From: Longimicrobiales bacterium
GTDB taxonomy: Bacteria; Gemmatimonadota; Gemmatimonadetes; Longimicrobiales; Gaopeijiaceae
Assembly: GCA_965248625.1 (NCBI GenBank)
Contig: OZ252109.1
Span: 499,424 to 563,423 of the forward strand
Length of the DNA: 64,000 bases
Reading direction: 5' to 3'
Numbering within the stretch: the stretch's first letter is position 1; every line of letters begins with the position of its first letter. The notes beneath the pieces were generated by a model, which saw only the letters and a program-made list of their open reading frames with translations, ran no database searches and was not told the DNA's origin. Of the stretch, positions 29,077-38,729 are shown one piece after another. A program made the translations under genes and the position numbers.

Positions 29077-30159
29077 ATGGACTTCTCATTCGCCGGCTCT
29101 CACGCCGAGGGCAATTTCGGGTGGTTCCGCGATCGGCTGCGGACCACGCTGGAGGAGGCAGGCCACGGCTTCCTGTCCGACGCCCGAGACGCTCCGTTGG
29201 TGGTCAACTTCTTCCCGCCCGATCAACCGCGCCTCTTCCGCCGACGGGCGAGAGCCGTCTTCGTGATCGCGGTCACCGAGATGCAGCCTGACCTTGCCGA
29301 CCCCGTCCGCGAAGGGTATCCGCTACTTGTTCGCTCCCTTTCGAATCTTCTGATCGGTCTCGTTGGCAACGATGGCGAAGGAGCAGACGCCCACTTCCTG
29401 ACGTTGGAGAGAGGGCACTACGTCGTTCGTCGGGAGGAGGGGGGGCGTGATTACTTCGGACGGATCTACGATCGCATACGGCCACTCGCGACGTCGCGCC
29501 TCGTCATCGACAACGCATTCGTCACGGATTTGCCCGAGGACCTCTGGGGCGGCGACGAGCGGTGCGTCTCGCTCTCGCGGGCGGGCGAGCGGCTGGGAGG
29601 ACTAGGCCTGCTCCCCACTCCGTTCCCGGTCGACGGCTTCCTCCCCGAGCGCGACCAACGTCATCTCAAGCGTCTGTACGGCATCGGGGGATTGAGCTAC
29701 GGGAACCTCAGCACGCGGCTCGACGAGTCCCGGTTCTGGATGAGCGCTTCCGGCGTGGACAAGTCGAAGCTCGAGGTCGTAGGTCGAGACATGCTTCTCG
29801 TGAAGGGTTACGACCAAGATCGGAATGCGATGGTCCTGAGCGTCCCACCGAACGTCCAACCTCGACGTGTCTCGGTGGACGCCATCGAGCATTGGATGAT
29901 CTATCGTGAGCATCCGAGGGTGGGTGCGATCGTCCACGTGCACGCCTGGATGGACGGCGTCCGCTCCACGGAGTTCAACTATCCGTGCGGCACCTATGAG
30001 CTGGCTTCGGCCGTAGCCGAAATCGTCCGCGAAGCCCCGGATCCCGCGCGCGCGGTCGTCGGACTCAAGAACCACGGCCTTACGATCACGGGGCGTTCCC
30101 TGGAAGAGATCTTCGACCGGATCGAGGGGCGGATCCTGCCCGAAGTACCCATGTCCTAG
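29077..30159 (+). CDS. class II aldolase/adducin-domain protein with about 200-aa N-terminal extension of unknown function
   Basis: The C-terminal region (VDAIEHWMIYREHPRVGAIVHVHAWM...GLKNHGLTITGRSLEEIF) matches the class II aldolase fold. Confidence 0.65.
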   Translation: MDFSFAGSHAEGNFGWFRDRLRTTLEEAGHGFLSDARDAPLVVNFFPPDQPRLFRRRARAVFVIAVTEMQPDLADPVREGYPLLVRSLSNLLIGLVGNDGEGADAHFLTLERGHYVVRREEGGRDYFGRIYDRIRPLATSRLVIDNAFVTDLPEDLWGGDERCVSLSRAGERLGGLGLLPTPFPVDGFLPERDQRHLKRLYGIGGLSYGNLSTRLDESRFWMSASGVDKSKLEVVGRDMLLVKGYDQDRNAMVLSVPPNVQPRRVSVDAIEHWMIYREHPRVGAIVHVHAWMDGVRSTEFNYPCGTYELASAVAEIVREAPDPARAVVGLKNHGLTITGRSLEEIFDRIEGRILPEVPMS

Positions 30160-30605
30160 TGGTCTGTAGCCGAAGTGCCGCTGATATACGGACGGCGGGG
30201 CATCCCGCCCTTCCGATCCGATGGCGCCGGCGGAAGAACTCGAAGCTGGCATCCGTATTGGCATTGAGCGGGGACGCCGCTCGCCAAAGGCATCAGGATC
30301 GAGGGGCGCATGCGGTTTCCGGCGTCAATGGCGCCGACGTATGTTACAGAGTCGGGACGTCGCTAGGGGCCGAGTGCACCGGAAATCGACGACGGCCGAC
30401 TCTGCGCCAAGAGTGTCTTCGCGCCCCAGTCCGCGGGTCCTCCACACCGCCCGGGCGACTGGGCAGGGCGAACATTGGCCACACCCGTGGAGGTCCCGGC
30501 AAGTCACCGATCAGGTGCGGTGCGACCCGCGCGTGGACGATGCGACGCACGGCGTGCGATGGGCGTCTAGTTGGTGTCTGGAATCGGAGGTAGGAGGAGC
30601 TGCTG

Positions 30606-31265
30606 ATGTTTCCTCTGTACGTGTTCAGCCTGGTCGTCGGAGGTGGATTCCTCGCCTTCTCAGTGCTCGGCGACCTTTTGGGCGGCGATGTCTCCGATGT
30701 CGACACGGACCTCGATCTACACATGGACGGGGACCTCCATCTGGATACCGACGTCCATCTCGACTCCGACGTGCACCTCGATGCGCACGCCACGGACGCG
30801 GGCTCGGCGGCCTCGAAGGTTCTGTCACTCAGGACGGTCGTGTACACGCTGTTCGGCTTCGGTGGCGTCGGCACGCTGCTGTCGCTGCTCTGGCAGGGGG
30901 GCGCGCCCGTGACCACCGCTGCCTTCTCCGCGGTCGGCGGCCTGTCTGCGGGCGCGCTGATCCACTACGTCTTCGCCTACATACGCGGATCGGAGTCCGG
31001 CCAGCGCAAGCACGAGAGCAGCTTCGAAGGCCTTTTGGGACGCGTGGTCCTTCCGCTCGCGGAAGGCTCTTGGGGCGAGATCGTAGTAGCACGCGGTACG
31101 CGCGAGTTTCGTCTGAAAGCGCAGCCCCACAGCTCGTCGGTGGGGGACGCGTCGGCGGCGGGCTGGAAGCGCGTCATCGTAGTCGAAATGAAGAACGGGA
31201 TCGCACTGGTGGCGCCCGGTGAGGGCGAGCTTCTCCTAGAGTCTCCAGACGTCCTTGATTCCTGA
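30606..31265 (+). CDS. NfeD-family membrane protein (short form, C-terminal OB-fold), partner of flotillin
   Basis: It has 2-3 TM helices, then a beta-rich C-terminus (GLLGRVVLPLAEGSWGEIVVARGTREFRLKAQ). It lies immediately upstream of the flotillin gene. It contains an internal D-x-H-L-D x4 repeat. Confidence 0.7.
   Translation: MFPLYVFSLVVGGGFLAFSVLGDLLGGDVSDVDTDLDLHMDGDLHLDTDVHLDSDVHLDAHATDAGSAASKVLSLRTVVYTLFGFGGVGTLLSLLWQGGAPVTTAAFSAVGGLSAGALIHYVFAYIRGSESGQRKHESSFEGLLGRVVLPLAEGSWGEIVVARGTREFRLKAQPHSSSVGDASAAGWKRVIVVEMKNGIALVAPGEGELLLESPDVLDS
30708..30790 (+). repeat. About 18-bp tandem repeat x4 inside the nfeD coding sequence, encoding DLHMDG-DLHLDT-DVHLDS-DVHLDA
   Basis: The reiteration is directly visible (gacctccatctggataccgacgtccatctcgactccgacgtgcacctcgatgcg). 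Coordinates are approximate. Confidence 0.6.
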
Positions 31266-31306
31266 CATCAACGCGCCCCGCGGGGCGCCGTTTCTGGAGG
31301 ATAGAT

Positions 31307-32695
31307 ATGGATCTGGATATGGTCTCCGGCGCATTCGCGGTTGGTATGATCGTCCTGGTCGCAGCGATCGTGGCCCTCCTCACGGTCAAGTCGCTGATCG
31401 TGATCGTGCCGCCCAACCGGGCCGCGGTGATCACCGGCAAGAACCGCCTCTTGGCGGACGGCGAGGTGGTCGGGTACAGGTCCGTGATCGGTGGGCGCAC
31501 GCTGCGTATCCCGATCATCGAGTCGGTCCAGCACGTGACGCTTGAGACGATTCCCCTCGAGATCTCGGTGACGAACGCTTTCTCGAAGGGGAACATCCCT
31601 CTGAACATCGAGGCGATCGCGAACGTGAAGATCGCCTCGGAGCCGGAAACGACGTTCAACAACGCCGTCGAGAGACTTCTGGGTAAGACGGAGAGCGAGA
31701 TCAGCTCGATGGCTCGCGACACGCTGATGGGCAACCTGCGCGGCGTGCTGGCCACGTTGACTCCGGAGGAAGTTAACGAGGACCGCCTCGGATTCGCCAA
31801 GGCTCTGCGAGATGACGCCGGTGAGGACCTGGCCGCCCTCGGGTTCCACTTGGACGTGCTGAAAATCCAGAACGTGAGCGACGAGCGAGGCTACCTCGAA
31901 GCGATCGGCCGCAAAAAGGCGGCAGAGGCGATTCGGGAGGCCGAGATCGCCGAGGCCGACGCCGAGGCCGACACGCGGGAGCGGCAGGCACAGGCTCGGC
32001 AGCGGGCCGAGGTGACCGAGGCATCCGCCAGCATCAAGATCGCGGAGGCTCAGAACGAGCTACGTGTTCGCCAAGCACACTTGGATCAGGACGGAGAGAT
32101 CGCGGAGCGGACCGCCGCCGTGAAGGCGCAGGAAGCCGAAGTCGAAGCACAGCGGGCCCTCGAGGAGCGACGGGTCGCGAAGGAGCAAGAGCGGCTGCGT
32201 GCCGATGTCGTGGCGCCGGCACATGCCGAGAAGGAGGCCGCCCAGGCGTTGGCGGAGGCGGGAGCCGCGCCCATCCTGGCGCGTGGGAAGGCGCAAGTGG
32301 AGATCCTGCGACGACTCTATGAGCAGATCTTGAGTGGCGGAGACCAGGCGTTCGCGGTGTTCATGGCGGAGAAGCTGCCCGACCTGTTGGGCACCGCCGT
32401 TGAAGCTGTGAAGGGCGTCGACATCGACCGCCTAGTGGTCTTGGACAGCGGCTCGGGTCAGGGAGTCTCGAACGCCGTCAATCAGCGGGTGCAGGGGGCA
32501 ATCGCGACGCTGGAAGGACTCGGATCCGCGGTAGGCCTCGACATCGAGTCGGTGCTGCACGGCGCCGCCCGCAAGATCGGCGGAGACACCGCTGACGCAG
32601 AGGCCAACAGGCGCGCGGAAGCGGGTGGGCCGAGGAGGGCAGACGCTACTTCGACGCTTCCTGCACCGCGAGGATCAGGCCTGGATACCGACTGA
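31307..32695 (+). CDS. floT: flotillin-like SPFH/band-7 protein (FloT/YuaG type)
   Basis: It has an N-terminal TM, an SPFH domain, and a long Ala/Glu-rich coiled coil with EA repeats (IREAEIAEADAEADTRERQAQARQRAE...). Confidence 0.88.
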   Translation: MDLDMVSGAFAVGMIVLVAAIVALLTVKSLIVIVPPNRAAVITGKNRLLADGEVVGYRSVIGGRTLRIPIIESVQHVTLETIPLEISVTNAFSKGNIPLNIEAIANVKIASEPETTFNNAVERLLGKTESEISSMARDTLMGNLRGVLATLTPEEVNEDRLGFAKALRDDAGEDLAALGFHLDVLKIQNVSDERGYLEAIGRKKAAEAIREAEIAEADAEADTRERQAQARQRAEVTEASASIKIAEAQNELRVRQAHLDQDGEIAERTAAVKAQEAEVEAQRALEERRVAKEQERLRADVVAPAHAEKEAAQALAEAGAAPILARGKAQVEILRRLYEQILSGGDQAFAVFMAEKLPDLLGTAVEAVKGVDIDRLVVLDSGSGQGVSNAVNQRVQGAIATLEGLGSAVGLDIESVLHGAARKIGGDTADAEANRRAEAGGPRRADATSTLPAPRGSGLDTD

Positions 32696-33842
32696 AGGCC
32701 CACCGGGCCTCCTCCACCTCGAGACGCTCCCTATTGGTGTGGGCGTACCGCTCCTCGCCGGGAGCGAAGCCGACCGTCGGGATTCCGAACACGCCGCTTG
32801 CCCAGCCGCCGTCGGTCGCGAACGTCCAGGGCCGGGCGTGGGCGGGCTCGTCCTCGGCCTGCGGCCGCCCGACCGCGCGGGTCGCCGCTGTGACCACCGG
32901 GTGGTCGGCGTCCATCAGGAAGCCCGGCGTGAGCAAGCGCCGCTCCTGCGAGAGCCCCGTGTAGGAGGTCTGGAGCTCCCGACCGAGCCTGCATTCGACT
33001 CCGTACCCCTGTAGGAGCTTCGGCAGGGTACGTGCGAGGGCAGCTTCGAGACGGGAGAGGAGGCTTTCCTCGGTGTCGGAAGGCAGGATGCGCCAGTCGA
33101 GCACCACGACGACTTCATCGGGAATGACGTTGGGGCTCTCCGGCCGAGCGGTGACGCCCGTCGCCACGAGCGTCGAGGGCCCCAGCACCGGATCCGTCTC
33201 CTGCTGGCCCGCCAGCGCCTCGACACCGGCTAGAATCATCGGGACGAGGTCCAGCGCGTTTCTCGCCCGGTCGGGGGCGCTCGCGTGGCCTGCGAGCCCG
33301 CGGATCACGATCTCCACCTCGGCGCGGCCCCGGTGTCCGATGGCGATGTCCCCGTGGGTCGACTCCCCGATGATCACCGCGGACGGCTTCACCGAGCCCG
33401 AGCCGATTAGAGTCTCCATGCCCCACCCGCCGCGCTCCTCGAACACGACGTGCCCGACGATCACGTCGCCGGTGGTGCGCCCCTTCAATGCGGCGGCGGC
33501 ATAGGTCTGGAGGGCCAGCGGGCCCTTGATGTCCATCGCGCCGCGACCGTGGAGGAAGCCGTCCTCGACGACCCCGGAGAACGGGGGGTGCTCCCATTCC
33601 TCGTGATCTCCCTCGGCGACGACGTCGAGGTGCGACGACACCATGACGGGTGGTGCCCCGCCTGTCCCCTCGACGACGCCGACCACGCTCCCGAGCTCAT
33701 CGGTCTGGATGCGGTCGAATCCGAGCGCCTCCATCTCCTGTTGCAGCCGCGCGGCAACGTCGCGCTCCGCACCGGTCATGGAGGGGATGCGAATCAGATC
33801 TTGGGCGAACGCCAGTGCGTTCTCGAACGTCGCTTCGCGCAT
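32646..33842 (-). CDS. M20-family metallopeptidase (ArgE/DapE-like deacylase)
   Basis: SSHLDVV, GRGAMDIKG and metal-ligand patterns are present. The start was trimmed to MREATFENALAF. The 3' end overlaps the flotillin 3' end by about 50 bp. Confidence 0.8.
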   Translation of the reverse strand: MREATFENALAFAQDLIRIPSMTGAERDVAARLQQEMEALGFDRIQTDELGSVVGVVEGTGGAPPVMVSSHLDVVAEGDHEEWEHPPFSGVVEDGFLHGRGAMDIKGPLALQTYAAAALKGRTTGDVIVGHVVFEERGGWGMETLIGSGSVKPSAVIIGESTHGDIAIGHRGRAEVEIVIRGLAGHASAPDRARNALDLVPMILAGVEALAGQQETDPVLGPSTLVATGVTARPESPNVIPDEVVVVLDWRILPSDTEESLLSRLEAALARTLPKLLQGYGVECRLGRELQTSYTGLSQERRLLTPGFLMDADHPVVTAATRAVGRPQAEDEPAHARPWTFATDGGWASGVFGIPTVGFAPGEERYAHTNRERLEVEEARWAFSRYPGLILAVQEASK

Positions 33843-33861
33843 CGGGCTCCCTCCGCCGTCG

Positions 33862-35979
33862 CTAACCGAAGAGCCCGCGCACGAAGTCCGCGATCCACGA
33901 TGTCGTGGGCACATCGAGGTCGTGCACACGCACGAACCAGGGCGCGAGAACCAGCGCGACGACGCTCATGAGCTTGATCAGGATGTTGAGCGACGGTCCG
34001 GACGTATCCTTGAACGGGTCACCCACGGTGTCGCCAACCACGGCCGCCTTGTGCGGGTCCGAGCCCTTCCCCCCCATCGCGCCGCCCTCGATGTACTTCT
34101 TGGCGTTGTCCCAAGCTCCGCCGGCGTTGGCCATGAAGAGGGCCATCAACACGCCGGTCACGGTCGCACCTGCGAGCAGCCCACCCAAAGCCGCGACGCC
34201 TAGAAAGTACCCGACGACCACGGGCGCCAACACGGCGGTAACGCCCGGAAGGATCATCTCGCGCAGCGCTGCACGTGTGGAGATGTCGACGCAGCGAGCG
34301 GAGTCCGGCTTGGCCGTTCCTTCCAGGATGCCCGGGATCTCACGGAACTGCCGGCGCACCTCGTCGACCATCCCGGCTGCGGCCCGTCCGACGGCCGTCA
34401 TGGTCAGCGCAGCCACGAAGAACGGAAGCATACCGCCCAGGAAAAGGCCAATCACGACGAGGGGATCCACGATGCTGATGCCGCTCTGCTGCAGGCCGAC
34501 CTTGGTCGTGAATGCCGAGAACAGCGCGAGGGCCGTGAGGGCGGCGGAGCCGATCGCGAAGCCCTTTCCGATCGCCGCCGTCGTGTTCCCAATCGCGTCC
34601 AAGGAGTCCGTGATCTTGCGAGTCTCCTCTCCCAGGCCACTCATCTCGGAGATCCCACCGGCGTTGTCTGCGACCGGCCCGTAGGCGTCCACGGACATCG
34701 TGACACCCACCGTCGCGAGCATTCCCACGGCTGCGATCCCGATGCCGTACAGGCCGGCTACGTTGAACGACACGAAAATCGCGATGCAGATGAGGATCAC
34801 CGGTATCGCGGTCGACTCCATGCCCACAGCGAGGCCCGTAATGAGGTTCGTGGCCGCGCCGGTGTCGCTCGCTTTCGCGATCCGCTTGACCGGGCCGGCT
34901 AACGTATAGTACTCGGTTGCCAAGCCGATGAAGATCCCCACGAGCGTGCCCGTGAGAATGGCCCAGAACGGACCGGTGGACGGATACACCCTGTCCCCGT
35001 CCACGAGCTGGAAGCCCATCGACCTCACGACGAAGAACATCGCCAACAAAAAGACCCCGGCGGCGATGAATGTGACATTGCGGAGGGCACCAGCCGGGTC
35101 ACTGCGCTCGAGCACCTTCATCATGCCGATGCCGAACAAGGAAGCGACCAGGCCAACCATTACTGTCAGCAGGGGAAGCGCGACGGCCTCGGTGGAGCTC
35201 GCCGCCGTGAGCGTGGAAGTGGCGCCGATCGCAATTGTCGCGATGATGGATCCGACGTACGATTCGAAGATGTCCGCGCCCATGCCCGCGACGTCGCCGA
35301 CGTTGTCGCCCACGTTGTCGGCGATGGTTGCCGGGTTGCGGGGGTCGTCCTCTGGAATACCGGCCTCGACCTTGCCCACCAAGTCGGCGCCCACGTCGGC
35401 CGCCTTCGTGAAGATGCCTCCCCCCACGCGTGCGAAGAGGGCGATCGAGCTGGCGCCCATGGCGAAACCGGAAACGATCTCGGCGAATCGCGGGAGCTCA
35501 CCTGTGCCAGCAATCGCGTTCGAAGCGAACGCCCAGTAGAACCCGCCTACGCCGACGAGGCCTAGGGCGGCCACGGACAACCCCATGACTGCGCCACCGA
35601 AGAAGGCGATCCGGAGGGCCTTGCCTTGTCCTTCCTGATTCGCGGCGGCCGAGGTACGAACGTTCGCTCGGGTGGCTGCCTTCATGCCGAAGAACCCGGC
35701 CATGACCGAACACCCGGCTCCGGACACGTAGGCGACCCACGTCCACCCCGGGATCGCGAGGGCCAAGAGGATCGCTACGACGGCCACGAAGCCCGAGAGA
35801 AAGATGTATTCGCGGCGAAGAAAGGCCATCGCGCCGTCGTGGATCTGTTCGGCCAGCTCGACCATGAGGTCTGAACCGGGGTCCTGGCCCTTCACGTAGG
35901 TGTAGATTCCCGCAGCCACGGCCAGCCCGACGAGCCCCAAGGCCCAGGCCCAATTGGTCAACGCTACGAAGTCACTCAT
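33862..35979 (-). CDS. hppA: membrane-bound proton-translocating pyrophosphatase (V-type H+-PPase)
   Basis: 705 aa with about 16 TM helices. It has the GGG(I/V)[16 protein letters not shown] and DNVGDNVGD signature motifs. Confidence 0.95.
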   Translation of the reverse strand: MSDFVALTNWAWALGLVGLAVAAGIYTYVKGQDPGSDLMVELAEQIHDGAMAFLRREYIFLSGFVAVVAILLALAIPGWTWVAYVSGAGCSVMAGFFGMKAATRANVRTSAAANQEGQGKALRIAFFGGAVMGLSVAALGLVGVGGFYWAFASNAIAGTGELPRFAEIVSGFAMGASSIALFARVGGGIFTKAADVGADLVGKVEAGIPEDDPRNPATIADNVGDNVGDVAGMGADIFESYVGSIIATIAIGATSTLTAASSTEAVALPLLTVMVGLVASLFGIGMMKVLERSDPAGALRNVTFIAAGVFLLAMFFVVRSMGFQLVDGDRVYPSTGPFWAILTGTLVGIFIGLATEYYTLAGPVKRIAKASDTGAATNLITGLAVGMESTAIPVILICIAIFVSFNVAGLYGIGIAAVGMLATVGVTMSVDAYGPVADNAGGISEMSGLGEETRKITDSLDAIGNTTAAIGKGFAIGSAALTALALFSAFTTKVGLQQSGISIVDPLVVIGLFLGGMLPFFVAALTMTAVGRAAAGMVDEVRRQFREIPGILEGTAKPDSARCVDISTRAALREMILPGVTAVLAPVVVGYFLGVAALGGLLAGATVTGVLMALFMANAGGAWDNAKKYIEGGAMGGKGSDPHKAAVVGDTVGDPFKDTSGPSLNILIKLMSVVALVLAPWFVRVHDLDVPTTSWIADFVRGLFG

Positions 35980-36088
35980 CTGGTGCGCTCGTCCTCACGT
36001 CTGTCGTTTCGGTGTGTCGAAGGTGTCGTGCCGTCCCGGTGAGGGACCAATCCCGGCGGACGACTCCCTTCCCGCCTTCGGGTCGCCG

Positions 36089-36658
36089 TCAGCGATTGTA
36101 TGCGCTCATAACTGGTTCGATGCCCTCGTCCATCCAGCGCCGGATCGCGTCGGTCAGCTCTGGCAGAAGAGTCACGACTTCGGTCTCGTCGCCTTCGTCC
36201 ATCGGAGACAGGACCCAATCGACCAGATCAGTCCCCGCCGGGTTCGCGCCCACTCCGACCCGGAGCCGAGCGTAGCCCTGTGCGCCCAAGACACCCGTGA
36301 TGGACTCGAGGCCCTTGTGCCCTCCGGCGCTGCCGCCAGGCCGGAAGCGCAGACGGCCCACGTCGAGGTTCGCGTCGTCGACCACCACCAGGAGGTCCTT
36401 CTCCATGTCGAAATCGTCGGCGTTCCGGTAGGGCACCACCGCGGCCCCGCTCCTGTTCATGTAGGTCACGGGCTTCATCAAGCGCACTTCGTGGCCCCCG
36501 ACGACGCCCGTCGCCGTAAGCGCCGCCCCACGCTTCTCGAACGAGCCGAAGCCCCAATCGTACGCCAGGCGGTCGATGACCCACCACCCGACGTTATGTC
36601 GCGTGTCGTCGTAACGGGGTCCCGGGTTGCCGAGGCCCACGATGACTTTCAGGTCCAT
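36089..36658 (-). CDS. pth: peptidyl-tRNA hydrolase
   Basis: GLGNPGPRYDDTRHNVGW and MNRSG motifs are present. Confidence 0.9.
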   Translation of the reverse strand: MDLKVIVGLGNPGPRYDDTRHNVGWWVIDRLAYDWGFGSFEKRGAALTATGVVGGHEVRLMKPVTYMNRSGAAVVPYRNADDFDMEKDLLVVVDDANLDVGRLRFRPGGSAGGHKGLESITGVLGAQGYARLRVGVGANPAGTDLVDWVLSPMDEGDETEVVTLLPELTDAIRRWMDEGIEPVMSAYNR

Positions 36659-36814
36659 CTCCGGATTGAAAGGGATGGGAGCGCCAGCAGCGGCTTGCCC
36701 GCCACACTCGCGGGCGCCGGCCGTTGGCCCCGACCGGCGAGAGGCCCGAGGCCCCGCGGCGTGCGAGCCGGCGACTCGGTCTCGTGGCGGGTTCTACGCC
36801 CCTACGCTCCGAGG

Positions 36815-37486
36815 TCAGTCTTCGTCGGACTCCGAGGCTTCCTCGTCGTCCGGCTCCTCTCCAATGCGCTCGACCCCTGGCTCGAGCTCCTCTTCCTCCT
36901 CGACCTCTTCCTCCTCGATCACACGCGGCGCCGTGACGTTGCACACCGTTTGCTCGAGTTCGAGCAGCACCTCGAGGTCATCGTCGAACTCGAGATCGGA
37001 GAGGTGGAGGGAGTCGCCGATATCGAGCTCGGACACATCGACCTCGAAGGACTCCGGGATCTTGGAGGGAAGGCAACGAACCGGGATTTCGTGGACGATC
37101 TGCTCGAGGTTGCCACCGTTAAGGCTTACGCCCACCGGGGTACCCGAGAGCACGACCGGCACTCCGACGTCCACGGCAACGCCCTCTTGTATACGGAGGA
37201 AGTCGACGTGGAAAATATCGGGACGAAACGGGTGTGTCTGGATCTCTCGAACCAGTGTCGGCACCGCATCGCCGCCCTCGCCGACGGTGAGGTCGACGAT
37301 CGTGTTCTCCACTGAGATAGAATGGAAGAGCTGGGCGGTGACCTGACTGTCGAGCGATAGCGCGATCGACTCCATGTCCTTCCCGTAGATCACGGCGGGT
37401 ATGCGTCCGGCACGGCGCAATCTCCTGGCCGCACTTTTCCCCCGCTCGTCCCTGCGCTCCGCCTGGAGCGATGGTTGTATCGTCAT
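36815..37486 (-). CDS. rplY: 50S ribosomal protein L25 / general stress protein Ctc (long form with acidic tail)
   Basis: RRLRRAGRIPAVIYG and a C-terminal beta-domain are present, with an EEEEVEEEEE tail. Confidence 0.9.
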   Translation of the reverse strand: MTIQPSLQAERRDERGKSAARRLRRAGRIPAVIYGKDMESIALSLDSQVTAQLFHSISVENTIVDLTVGEGGDAVPTLVREIQTHPFRPDIFHVDFLRIQEGVAVDVGVPVVLSGTPVGVSLNGGNLEQIVHEIPVRCLPSKIPESFEVDVSELDIGDSLHLSDLEFDDDLEVLLELEQTVCNVTAPRVIEEEEVEEEEELEPGVERIGEEPDDEEASESDED

Positions 37487-37518
37487 TTCGCCTTGATGGT
37501 CCGGTTCGTTGTGGGTCG

Positions 37519-38565
37519 TCAGTGGCTCGGAACTGCCCCAACCTGGTCCGCTTTGACGGACGGAGCGCCCGAGTCATCAGTCTCGTCATCGCCGGTGGTG
37601 TCGTCGTCTCCCCTGATCTCGAAGAGCTGGCTGACGGATTCGTTCAGGTGGATATAGCGAATCGCGTTCGATAAGAGGCCAGCCACCGAGAGGATCCTAA
37701 GCTTCGCGAAACGACGATCATCCGGGATGTGGATCGTGTTGGTGACGACGAGCTCTTCCAACGGCGCGTTCGAGAGCCTCTTCACCGCTTGGCCTGAAAG
37801 GAGGGCGTGGGTTGCACACGCGTAGACGGCTCGGGCCCCGCGCTCCTTGAGGGCGTATACGGCGTTCGTCATCGTGCCTGCCGTGTCCACCATGTCGTCA
37901 ACGATCAGGCAGGTCTTGCCCTCCACCTCGCCTACGACGTTCAACACTTCGGCGACGTTGGCCTCTGGGCGGCGCTTGTCGATGATGGCCAGAGAGCCCC
38001 GTAGCCGTTTCGCGAAGCCGCGCGCCATCTTCGCCGACCCCACATCCGGGGCGACGAGCACGACGTCGTCGAGGTGCATGTCGCGGAAGTACTGGGTGAG
38101 CACGGGCGCTGCGTACAGATGGTCCACCGGGATGTCGAAGAATCCCTGGATCTGGTGCTGGTGGAAGTCGACACCCAGCAGGCGATCGGCGCCCGCCGCG
38201 GCGATCAGGTTGGCCACGAGCTTCGCGCCGATCGCGACGCGGGGTTGGTCCTTCCGATCCTGTCTGCCGTACCCGTAATACGGAACCACGGCGTTCACGC
38301 GGGCGGCTGAGGCACGGACGGCAGCGTCGATCAGCAGCAGCAGCTCCATGATGCTGTCGGCCGGTGCCGTGGTCGGTTGGATGATGAAGACGTCCCGCCC
38401 GCGAGCGTTCTTGTCAATGCGGGCAAAGATTTCACCGTCGGCGAAGTTGTGGATCGTCGCCCCGAACGCCGACTCGCCCAATTGTTCCCCGATTTCCGCG
38501 GCCAAGGGCTGATTCGCCCGGCCAGCCAGCAGGAGCAGGGGGCCTCGCTGGTACTGGTCGTCCAT
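37519..38565 (-). CDS. prs: ribose-phosphate pyrophosphokinase
   Basis: PYYGYGRQDRK and the PRPP-binding loop (VDDMVDTAGT) are present. It has an about 30-aa acidic C-terminal extension. Confidence 0.95.
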   Translation of the reverse strand: MDDQYQRGPLLLLAGRANQPLAAEIGEQLGESAFGATIHNFADGEIFARIDKNARGRDVFIIQPTTAPADSIMELLLLIDAAVRASAARVNAVVPYYGYGRQDRKDQPRVAIGAKLVANLIAAAGADRLLGVDFHQHQIQGFFDIPVDHLYAAPVLTQYFRDMHLDDVVLVAPDVGSAKMARGFAKRLRGSLAIIDKRRPEANVAEVLNVVGEVEGKTCLIVDDMVDTAGTMTNAVYALKERGARAVYACATHALLSGQAVKRLSNAPLEELVVTNTIHIPDDRRFAKLRILSVAGLLSNAIRYIHLNESVSQLFEIRGDDDTTGDDETDDSGAPSVKADQVGAVPSH

Positions 38566-38673
38566 GTGCCCACCATCACGAATAGCGGTCGCCTCGACAG
38601 CCCGGAAACCTAGAAAGGATCGGGAACGTCGTCAACGCGACTCCGTCTGAGCGGCCGGACCCGACAGGTCGTT

Positions 38674-38714
38674 GAAAAAGGGGACCGCGCCGTCTGGGGG
38701 AGTGCCACGGTCCC
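38674..38714 (-). terminator. Rho-independent terminator candidate downstream of the 38730-40724 gene
   Basis: Minus strand: GGGACCG-20 nt loop-CGGTCCC followed by CUUUUUC. Coordinates are approximate. Confidence 0.45.
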
Positions 38715-38729
38715 AGGCCGGATTCCCGG

